A stretch of 20,000 nt of DNA from Trichinella spiralis (lineage: Eukaryota). The stretch is taken from the NCBI RefSeq assembly GCF_000181795.1, contig NW_003526948.1, positions 3,126,268-3,146,267 of the forward strand. The letters run 5' to 3'. Below are positions 9,879 to 20,000 of this stretch, piece after piece. The notes under the pieces were generated by a model. That model did not search any database. It saw only the letters and a list, made by a program, of their open reading frames with translations, and was not told where the DNA came from. Every line of letters starts with the position of its first letter. The first letter of the stretch is position 1. A program made the translations under genes and the position numbers.

Positions 9879-12800
9879 TCATGCATTTTCATTTCGATTT
9901 TCCAACTTCGAACAAGAATTCAAAACGTTCACATTCGATGGATAACACTTTTCATACATTTTAAATCTAAATTCAAAAACAAAAATTATTTACAGTATAT
10001 TTATTGAAAATTAGGTTATGTATTGCTTTTAATTTTTAAATTCTTACGTAGTTCCATCTTCAGAGCAGATGGTCAGCTTGGATTCTTCGTCATCGCTGTC
10101 TCTGTCCGGCGACAAGTACAACAAAACAAGTTCCAAAGTGCCTTTCTTTAATCAAATAATTCAACAGTTATCGACAAATATAAAAAATGTAAGAAAAAAC
10201 TATGTTTTCATAATGTGAAAATAAAAAGTTTAATATATAATACACTTGTTGCTTTTGCTCTAATTTTCAGTGATAAATAGATTTTGGATTTTTTATTTTT
10301 TGGTAACACAATAAGAAAACAATTACCTGTTCGGATAAAATTTTAACAGCTTCAGCATGTTTAGCTTTGATTAGATCAATTCCGTTGACAGAAAGAATAG
10401 CGTCGCCAACTTTAAGCAGTCCAACTCGATCGGCAACTTGATTTTCATGAATATCGGATATTAAAATTGGAACTCCATGCTCACGGCCTCCCTGTATTTG
10501 AAACTCGCATTTCATTACTGTTAGTTAACCTTTTTTCAACCCAATGTATTTTACGTTTATCGACATACCGTTATTGACAGTCCCAAGCCTTCATCTGCGT
10601 TACGCTTCAAAAGCACGGTGCGTAATTTTCCAGAACGATTTGATGTTCTATCAGTTTCATTTTTATTCACCTGAAATAATAAATAATAATAATAATTCCA
10701 ATGGTAAATTTGATACTGTTCAACAATGTTCAACTGATTCCAAAACGCACAATCAGAAAATAATAAATAATATTAAAGATTTGAAGAAAACTATTAGTTT
10801 TGAAAATCCAATGAATCTGACTGGTAATTTTTTTGACATACCTTGCTTGCAGCATGACTGAGTGCATTAAAATTTTGACGTCCTTGGCAAGCTCGAATGA
10901 CAGTTTTATGACGATGTAAATGAATTTCTGCTTCAATTTGTTCCCAAAGACGATCATGTTCCGAACCGAGAAGTTCATGACTCATCAATTGAATTTGTTG
11001 TATCCTTAAAATAATAATAAATAATAATATTATTATCATTGATTTCATTATAATCCCAGTAAAATACAGTTCAGTACATAAAGTACAATATTATATTGCA
11101 TTTATTATTCGATTTATTGATGTCGTTGTTGCTGCTATTGATGCTTACCTGCCAGCTAATTCTTTGTCTAAATATTTAGCAGCCAATCTGGCACCATAAA
11201 CCTCATTTTGCAATGCTGAAATATATTTGCGCAAATTTTCATTTTCATTTTTCAAACTCATCACAGTCGCTGCCAACCGAGCTGGAGTAGAAATTTCACG
11301 TCTCAGAGAATCGATTTCTTCATCCTGAAACTGTTCTACATCAAGCTCTGTCACTGTTATTTTGTTGTTTAATAAATCCAAAACACTATACACAACCGAT
11401 TATGAACGCAATGGATGAAAAGTTTAAATATGTGATTTTTTTAATTTGATTAATAATTTTTTGATGTTATTTTGTAAAAAAAAATGATTTTTAAAAAGAA
11501 AAATGAATTATAAATATGCTCACTAATTTTTTCTTGATTATATCAGTTTCTTGGGTGCCATTTTTGGATAGCTGTTGGCATTGGAGGACGTGGAATTGCA
11601 TTGTCATCCAGCGTAATTCATTTTCCATTGTTCTCTTCGATGCTTCCGCTTCGATCAAATCTTGCTTGACTGTATTCAACTCCACCTAAAATAAAATGGA
11701 ATAAATAAAAGAACAATAAATAATACGGTTTGAATTGCACAACAATGCTCTGATTTTTTATTAAATAATTTTTTTCATTTCAACCAACACAAACACACAC
11801 ACACACACAATTAATGAAATGAACCAAGAATAATTAATCAAGTGCTGATTGACATTCTGAAAATTATTTCAAAAAAATTTTTTTTGGAAAAATATATCTA
11901 AAAAATATCTAAAAATTGAAAAAAATATAATAATAAATTGATAAATTTTTCAATTTAATCTGCTACTTGTATGAATGAAAGATATCCACAAAATTCAACT
12001 ACAAATCCGAGCCCAAGTGATGACAATGCTGCCTGTGTTGCTGAAACTGAATGAACATTTTGTTCATCGTCAAATCAAATTATGCAAATTGGAAGTCGCC
12101 TTATCAACTAGAAAGCAATTAGCTGGCTGTGGAACGAACGCTGCCAAACACTTGCTTGCCGTGTCGTGAAAAGATCAAATGAAAGCAACTGAAAACTGAT
12201 TAAATCCAATTAATTAACTGACCCTTCTTTTCTCTTACTTGATAAAATATTATTTATCATTATTTGGTATTATATGTTTAAATCACAAAAAAGACAATTC
12301 TAGAAAACAGTAGACAAGGTTGTTGATATTTGAATGAAAAATATGAAAGAAAAAATTTCAAAGTTCAAAAAACATATTTTCGATAAACAAATAATCAATT
12401 TTCATTACAATTCCTTTATGAAATTAAAGTAAACAATTTTTTGTAAACATTCAGAAATCACTTTATTGGCATAAAATTAGAATAACTCTGGTAACGACAA
12501 TGGCCGCCAACGAATTGCCATAAATTGCTGAATCACTATTGCCGTCTATTACAAGGCTCCCAATAGATGAGACTAATGTGATCTGCAATTTCTATGCCTT
12601 CTGAGATAAATCGGCACTGCGTTAAATACTGACGAAAAATAAGCCATGAAGCAGTTAATATTGCCCGACTAATCAATGTTTGGTGCAATTGATGAACCTC
12701 CAATGATTTCGACATATGCTAAAAACCGTCTGAGGCTTAAACTCATATTCGAACAATTATCTCTGAAAGGAAAAGAAAAATAGAAACCATTCAACATGGG

Positions 12801-15800
12801 ATCATTTCTACTTTCATTCAAACAATTAATAATAAAATTCTGGACGATCTGAAAAACTAAACGATAGTTGAAAATTCTAATGTGCAACTGCTCTTTCGTG
12901 TAAATTTTAATTTTAAAACTTATTCAAATTAGCTCAATAATTTATTAATATGCATACATATAGTATCAACTATTCAAACGGATAATATGTACTTGCGGAC
13001 AATTGAACGAAATATACACGTTCAACAATTGATCAACTGCCATTTTTGCACAGTAAAAGTGGACTGATTAAAAACCNNNNNNNNNNTACATTATTTTTCA
13101 AATTTCTACCTATCTGTTCCAATACTAGAATACGAGCGAAATTTAAAACTTTTGCCATTTGATATGAACAAATTTGAATTTATATCTCACGAAAAAGGAA
13201 CAAAAATTTTTTTCATGAATACTAACCAAATAAATATTTCAAATAATTGCCAATTCGAATAATTTGTTAACGGTACGTTGATTTGTTTTGTTACGTATAA
13301 ATGCTTGAAAACAAGCGAACAGCATGAAATCTATTTGCAAATACAAAAAGTTGAATGGATGATGAATCCTTTTCATCTGATTAATGTGCATTCATTCAAG
13401 CTGTGTAAGCAAGCTCTCAAAGATAGAAAACCAAAAACACAAAATAATTTGCCATATCGTAAATGATAAAAATTTCAAAAAAAAGAAAAGCAAAAAAAAA
13501 GAATTTCAAAAATTTGATCCAATATGATTCCAGTGATCACTGAAAGATGATGAATAATCTGCTCAGGAGATCAAAGTTTTAATAAAGTTATTAAAATTGT
13601 TGGACAGCTGCTACTTGGTGACTTCAACTGCATCATCTACTGAGGAAGGAGCAACAGCGGAGAGAGTTAACATTAGCAAAAAATTTAAAAAGTTGTCAAT
13701 AACCCCTCTGTGGATGTGTGCATTATTTATTTATAACTTTATACATGTGTTTTCACAAACTGTCATAGCCGTGTTTGCAGTTAAATTATTATTATTATTA
13801 TTTTTATTAGCATGCGATTACTTCGTAAAATTGGCAAAGAAGTGCTAGACTCTATTGGGCAATTGTAACTGAAATTGCTTGCACATTACAGACAGTGATT
13901 ACGAGCCGCTGCAAAGTCGATTCTCGTTCGCAACAAGGCTTAACTGCTTAAGAATGAAGAAAAGCGGCTTTTTTCCACTGTTGTATTCACGTGAGCGAAT
14001 TTTCCATTTTCATCGCATATTGCTATGCGTATGCAAGCGCGCTCAGCTGCACTTTTAGCTTCGAAGCTTGACAGCACGTCCACCAGGTCCCGACGGACGT
14101 GCATGTCCAATGAACAATTTGATAATCTGCGGCCGAACCGTTTTGGCGCATCGTTCAGCAATTAGTGAACCAAACGATCGAAAATTTTCTCCTCATCGCT
14201 CTTGCTGAAAAGCTAGCTGATTTTCCTATTTCATTTTCCAACCAGTCATCTTGCTCTTTTTTTCTTTTCAAATAAAAAAAAATATGCTCATGTATCATGT
14301 TGCATAATTTACGAGAATTAATCTGTCACCATGAAATAAAAAAAATAAACATACTGCACATTTTCCTACTATTGGGAAAACATTGTCAAAAATGAATATC
14401 ATATTTTGAGCTTAATAAATTGAATTATCAAAACATAGTTCAAAAAAAACAGATAAAGCCGCACAGGAGAAATTCATGCTTTAATCGTTGATGGAAAAGT
14501 TTATATCAAAGATTTCATTATCAATTTAAATGTGAAAGTATAATTATTTCACGATAGTGAATACCACGCTAGTGAAAGCTCGTATTTATTTCACAGCACA
14601 AGGAAATGAAGAACATTTATCGAATTATTTTAAAATAAAGATTATCAACTGTAAATGCGCGAACATGTTAAAGAGGTTGCAATACAATACAACTGTATCT
14701 TGCAATACAACAGAGCATGTTATAATTGAATCATAAAATATTTGTCAATGTTTCAAATTGTCCTCAGAGAAACTTGATGCAGCATAAATAAATCTATTTC
14801 ATAATTTTGTTTTCATGAAATGGAATCTTATTTTAAAAATACATTGATTATCATCATTATTTGAAAACAAATCTGAATAGAAAAGCGGAGAAAGCATAAT
14901 TTTTTTCCAATGTGAAATGCAGATATACGTGCGTGCGTAAATGTGTGTAAAAATTCGTGCTGTCTTGTTATTTTCTTTAATTATTTGTTAATTTGAAAAC
15001 ATGCAATAATTAATTCTGATAAAAGCGCACCAATTCACGCAATGAAAAAGATACTGGCCCATCTTTGCTAAAGTTCATAATCGAAATGTGGAAGACTGAT
15101 TGATATTTTATGATTGGAATGGAAATGCTTAATAACAGAATGTTTTGTGTCCATATTAGACAACAGTGACTGATCATTAAAAGGAAAACTTTTATACCTT
15201 AAAAATTTACATTATACAAGAAGCAAATATTTATGAATAATTCAAACAGTGACGTGTGTTGAACATCAGAATAATAATATATACATATCTTACTGTATAT
15301 GTAACCTGCATCAGTTATGTTGCTTGTAAATTTAGCAAATGTTCTGTGCATGCTATTATCAAAATTGAAATAGGCTAAAGTTTCAAAACAACAAAGCAAA
15401 CAAAATGTACAAACACAACAATCCGTGCGCAATTTCTGAAAATTAAATAACGAACTACACTAAATAATATAAAGTGAGAAACTACTTGCTGTTCGTTTAA
15501 TTTACATGATTAAAATAATTTCTTCTCAAAGAATACAAATTCAATTATTTATCAACTTTAGTATCAATGACGTGCGAAAGAGCCATACAATTTCAGCTTG
15601 AAGCAGATCTAATCTACATACGTCAGAAAATGTTCGACTTAAGAACAATAGAGTGATGCTGTCGTGGTTTTTTCTGCCAATGAGTGCTCATTTCAAAAAT
15701 TTGAAAAACAAAAAAGCATTTCCACCATCCCATATTCAGTTAGATTTCACAGCATGCATTTTAGCAGTACAAATTAATTAGAAACGACGGTTGATTAAAA

Positions 15801-16456
15801 ACGCGTTTCGGTCGTAGTAAAGATGATCAGAAATGATTAGAAAATCTCTTGTAATTTCCAGCAATATAATATTATTATTGAAATATGTAAAATTTTGCAG
15901 ACCAACATACTGCATTACCCATGAGTTGAAGATTGTCTTTTGGATTCTGTAGATTTTTGAAAACCATTTAATGATTATTAATTTTCACATTAAAATACAT
16001 TCATAATAATATAAATAAAGCTTCAACAAAGAGCATTAAATAAATAAAAATAAATTAACAGACGTTTCTACACACACACACACACACACGCACACACACA
16101 TGTGGGCGTGCAGATTGCTAAACAGATAGAGCAATTATGAAATACTAGTTAAAATAATTAAACTCTATAAACCATATTCGAATCATTCCAAAAAACGGAA
16201 ATACCTGGTAAGACTGGTTAGCATGAAAAAGGCTCTGACATTTATGAATAAGACGAGCGAAAGCAGCGCTCAAAATGGTCAACTTCCGACGACCGTGTAG
16301 GGTTAGCTCCAATTGCTCAATATCTACTTGACCAAGCAGAAGGTCCAGATCAACAAAAGCCCTATCAAATTGTTTTTCAACTTGCTCCAGCGATGCATAA
16401 AAGCAAACCCCTTGTTGCGCCTGGTCTCCAGTTAAAGCATCTGTCGGCCTCGCCAT
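9879..16456 (-). CDS. GOPC: Golgi-associated PDZ and coiled-coil motif-containing protein (GOPC/PIST/CAL), 8 exons, 401 aa
   Basis: Exons (minus): 16456-16205 ([42 protein letters not shown]), 11685-11524, 11324-11149 (..[22 protein letters not shown]), 11004-10842 ([27 protein letters not shown]), 10670-10569 (..[19 protein letters not shown]), 10491-10327 ([36 protein letters not shown]), 10145-10048 and 9966-9879 (TGA). All introns are GT-AG with consistent phase, total 1206 nt. An in-frame TAA lies 5 codons upstream of the ATG. Confidence 0.95.
11793..11809. repeat. (AC)8 microsatellite in GOPC intron 1
   Basis: Directly visible AC run. Confidence 0.75.
16070..16100. repeat. (CA)n microsatellite, about 15 units with one interruption, in GOPC intron 1
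   Basis: Directly visible CA run interrupted once by CG at 16089-16090. Confidence 0.9.
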
Positions 16457-17728
16457 GAGCCGTTGCCGTTAGCCTGTGTCCAACGTTTCGATAACGGCTA
16501 CTGATGAGCAGTGACCATAAACAGAAGCGTTGAGCAAAGAAAGACGACAAATTGCGCCTACTCGACTCAGTAACCAACGATGGCAATAAACTGCAATGAA
16601 ATTAAGCGCGCAGCGCTGAGGACCCAGAAGGAGCTAAGAAAAATCTTTAGCTTCCAGGGCGGCGCAGTTGTTGTTGCCAGTGAATGTGACATGCAAGAAG
16701 ACATAACTAAGCCCTTTTCGGTCGATAGCTGCTTACTAACTTAAAAGCAATGCCTGCTTTCTTTCTGTTGCTAATAATTCCGGAAACTTTGTCCCTTACG
16801 TTATTTCGACTTGAGTATAAACCCACTCACTGCCCATAATTTTTTCTGTTTTAAAATTTCAACACCTTCAAATATTAAAACTAAAATTTATCCAAAAAGC
16901 AGCAATAATAATTATTCCAATTGATATGTACAAAATATCACTGATGAAATTTAACAGTGGAATATATGAATTTACACAACATGAATTCAAAAATTATTTT
17001 CTTTGCAATTCAATGATTACTTCACTGTCGGATGCACTGATGCGTGTAGTACATTGTGTCCTTAACAATTACGCAAGCATAAAAGACTATACGAGATTGT
17101 TTTTTAATAAATAAACATTTTTCAGTATTTTGCCCTACGTACGCGTCAGCCGCAAGACTCATGTTACTTATGCACTTTTGAAAATTTAAACTTTACTCAA
17201 AACTAAGAAAACTCATACATTTACAAAAGCAAAAACGGCCGCTAAAAACAGTAATAGAATGATGAAATTATATGAATTAAAAATAAAATATGAATGTTGA
17301 TATTTCAATAGTCTAATATTAAACCAGAATTGATATCATTTTAGCTATTTACAAACTTCTGACATATTGTTTTGTTCCAATTTTAATGAGTAGTTAAAGA
17401 AATTTACAGCATGACTGAGTAAACACTTGCAGCAAATAAGCGGAATGTTTGCTATAAAATACACACATCTATTTTTGGTTGATACTAAATATTCAAGAAT
17501 AATAAAATACTTCATTAATACAATTGTAATATGCCTGCCTATTGCAAGAGTGGCTGAAACTTATTTTGCAAGTACAAGCTCCCTGTGCATCTATTGCACA
17601 GACGAGAAAATAATCTGTCAATAGATGACGTCATTTGTTTAATCATAAAGAATGAAATTTTAAAATGCATCATTATGCATTTTGCCAATCTGTTCAATTT
17701 AATCATTAAGAACATACAGCGCGTCGGA

Positions 17729-19491
17729 ATGACAAAAAATAAAGAAATAACCTACACAGTTATTAAAACATTTTTCATTTTCTTCTGCATGCAAGAAATT
17801 GGACCTGGACTTTTTGTGTTAGGTAAATTATTCTTGAACGTTGACAAATTTCACAGAACTGTTCTGTAATTAGTACTTTTGTTTGTTTTTCAAATGTGAG
17901 ATACACTATGATTCATGCAAACAGTTTTTTCTCATTTTACCAAATCAAAAAAAAAAACAATTCATCATTTTGCACATTTACAAATGTGATAAATCACACA
18001 ATAAGCATTTCATAGCGTGATTTATCCACTTTTCTTTTAGAATTTAAATAATCAGTTCCACTACAATTCGTCAATAAATGTACTGAGAGCAGTTCAGATG
18101 GATCACTTAAACTAATTTTTTGAAAATCGCACGATCTGTTACCGTAATATACTTACATAGAGTTCTGTATTATTGACTACAATTTTTCTGTATTTCAAAT
18201 GTTGCAAAACTTTTAAAATCTTAAATCGCATTTAAATAAATTAATAAATTTTAATAAATATTCAACGATTTCGATATTTGAATGTATTGCATTCAATGGA
18301 TGCTCTAGTTCTACTACAGAATACATAAAAGAATAGGCATCAACAATTTTAATTAATTTACGTCATTAAATAAATATAATATGTTTTTTGTCTATTTAAT
18401 TTTTATCTCATGCTTCTCTTTCGAAAAACAAAAGCGTACACTTTCCCACAGTATAAGTAAAACAGTGTTCAACAAGTTTTATAGGTATGACAGAAGAAGA
18501 ACGTTGTATTCTATGTGCTATCCTTACCGGAAATCATGAGTTATTAAAGAACATAGGTAGGGGTGTAGGTGGAATAGCCATCAATTGATTCGCGTTTGCT
18601 TTTGCTAGATGTACTGTAGTGAGAACTGCTCATTTGAATTCAGGCAAAACTTTTACAGAAATACACTTACGAAAAGCAAAATTCCGTACATGAAATTAAA
18701 TGAAAATTACATGCAAACGTTTATGCATTGGCTGGTGGACGCAATATACTGCATAAAATTTAGAGAAATAAATTATCATACGAAGCAAATGTAAAATTAT
18801 CAATCACTAATAATTAGTCTTTTTCTTATAATAATTGCATGATCATGCATAATCAACAAGTGAATTGCATAAAAGAGTTCGCCTACTTTTCACTGTACTA
18901 ATAAAATTTGCATAATGATACGAATGAAACATAAACGATCCGTTTTCCATACCTTCAGGATATTACGGGAGCATGGGAGGTTACAGTAATTACTGGCAAC
19001 AACCATACTATGGAAATAGTTACGTATATGGCAATAATATGTACGGATACGGATACGGATACGGAAACGGATATGGATATGGTAGTGGATACGGGTACGG
19101 AAGTAACCCATACGGATATGGAAATAATCAAGGATACGGTAGTGGTTCATATGGATACGGTGTTGGTTCTTATGGATATGGAAATAATCCGGGATATGGG
19201 TACGGAGCGAACTATAATTATAATAACAATAACCAGCAAAACCCTGCACCATCGTCAAACTTTGATTATACAAACGGTAAGGCATTCGGCGGCAGCAATT
19301 CAGGAATGTCTAGCGGTGGAAGCTGTTCAACTCATGAAGAATGTGGTGAACAAACAGTATGTAGTGGAGGAAGTTGCGTTGCTGGATATCCAGGTCAAAA
19401 ATGTTCAAGCCAAAGTGAATGTGGACCTGATTCACCCTGCCGTTACGGAAGATGTTGGAGCCCTGCTGCTAGTGGTGGTAATGAAAAATAA
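17729..19491 (+). CDS. Putative secreted Gly/Tyr/Asn-rich protein with two C-terminal 4-Cys modules (about 208 aa)
   Basis: The main exon 18959-19491 follows a CTTCAG acceptor (phase 1) and encodes GYGYG/GYGNN repeats, then CSTHEECGEQTVCSGGSC and CSSQSECGPDSPCRYGRCW. The likely first exon is 17729-17822 (MTKNKEITYTVIKTFFIFFCMQEIGPGLFVL, hydrophobic core, phase-1 donor G|GTAAAT). This first-exon assignment is less certain than the main exon. Confidence 0.75.
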
Positions 19492-19841
19492 TTTATACTA
19501 AATTTTATCCCTCATTCAGTAATATAATAAAATAATGTGACCACTTTTCTAATTAATAACAGTATCTATTAATTATATAAATAATACATTTTTGAAAAGA
19601 TCACAGCAGTAATCAAAATAATCAAATTACATCCATTGAAATTTTCGAAAGATACAAATGCAATTCAATATTGAAATATTCTAAAATATTACAGCAAAAA
19701 ATCTGTTTCATTTCCACATATATTGTTTATGCTCATTTTTGTAATTCATGAAACTTCATTCACACATTATATTTCATTCTGGATAAAGAATTAAAAGTAA
19801 AAGTACATATAGGAAGTTAAATTAATGTGCATTTTTTTCAG

Positions 19842-20000
19842 ATGGTAGTACCGGAAATCAATGTAACAGTTCAGACCAGTGTGAAGAGCACGAGATCTGG
19901 CATATGGAACATGCTCATCTGCAATGCCATCTACAACAAAGTGCTCAGGAGATGAAGAATGTCCAGGGGGGGGATGTAAATAAGATTTCTGCTGGTTTCC
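19842..20000 (+). pseudogene. Disrupted paralogous Cys-module exon, probably a further exon of the GY-rich gene; runs off the window
   Basis: After a TTTTTTTCAG acceptor (phase 1) it reads (D)GSTGNQCNSSDQCEEHEI, then shifts frame at about 19899, then AYGTCSSAMPSTTKCSGDEECPGGGCK*DFCWF. Cys spacing is close to that of the upstream modules, with TAA at 19981-19983 where the upstream copy has Tyr (CRYGRCW). Confidence 0.7.

Noticed and set aside
10544..10978. ORFs 10544-10861 (+) and 10730-10978 (-)
   Set aside because: Antisense or off-frame to GOPC exons and introns; low-complexity products.
11325..11393. N-terminal extension MYSVLDLL...EQFQ of ORF 11145-11393
   Set aside because: Intronic. 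The phase-0 TTTCAG acceptor at 11325/11324 gives a junction (KKKL|DEEI) colinear with GOPC orthologues.
13531..13645. Palindrome CAGTGATCACTG followed by ATGATGA...CTGA (C/D snoRNA-like)
   Set aside because: Lies on the strand opposite to the host gene, with no terminal stem or recognisable guide; expected by chance in AT-rich DNA.
13940..14161. 73-aa minus-strand ORF in the intronic island as a GOPC alternative exon or nested gene
   Set aside because: Non-ATG start, the nearby TTTTCAG acceptor (about 14205) leads to stops in all three frames, and no recognisable domain.
11686..16204. Intron-hosted telomerase RNA, known miRNA or snRNA in GOPC intron 1
   Set aside because: Found only 7-nt TAAGCCT matches, not an extended TTAGGC-complementary template, and recognised no conserved miRNA or U-snRNA sequence by eye. 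An Rfam/miRBase search would be decisive.
16377..17624. ORFs 16377-16586 (-), 16926-17114 (+) and 17427-17624 (+)
   Set aside because: No homology cues or splice support; consistent with UTR or intergenic chance ORFs.
18890..19501. Overlapping ORFs 19010-19501 (+, TDTDTD/DM repeats) and 18890-19285 (-, IRIRIR)
   Set aside because: Shadow frames of the TACGGA/TATGGA repeat. Only the GY frame carries the Cys modules and matches the splice phase.

Overview
AT-rich eukaryotic draft scaffold with five short N gaps (683-693, 2395-2404, 3560-3569, 7921-7930, 13077-13086). Short GT-AG introns with TTTCAG/TTTAG acceptors suggest a nematode; Trichinella-like is an inference, not shown by the sequence. 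(1) About 500-7920 is a degenerate, hierarchical repeat array (unit of about 1.3-1.5 kb with internal subrepeats of about 240-340 bp). One unit carries a 751-bp internally deleted hAT (Buster/Charlie-type) element with TIRs and a perfect CTCTAGAG target-site duplication, and two sister units show the empty site. (2) About 7957-9544 (+) is the 3' part of an ASH2/ASH2L COMPASS subunit gene (SPRY domain and DPY30-binding helix); one exon carries several indels. (3) 16456-9879 (-) is a complete 8-exon GOPC/PIST/CAL gene (401 aa) with a 4.5-kb first intron holding GC-richer, hairpin-rich islands. (4) 17729-19491 (+) is a probably secreted Gly/Tyr/Asn-rich protein ending in two 4-Cys modules, followed by a frameshifted, stop-containing paralogous Cys-module exon (19842-20000). 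I see no clear novel multi-gene system. The best leads are the repeat with its hAT insertion, the GY/Cys gene with its decaying exon, and the structured intronic island.
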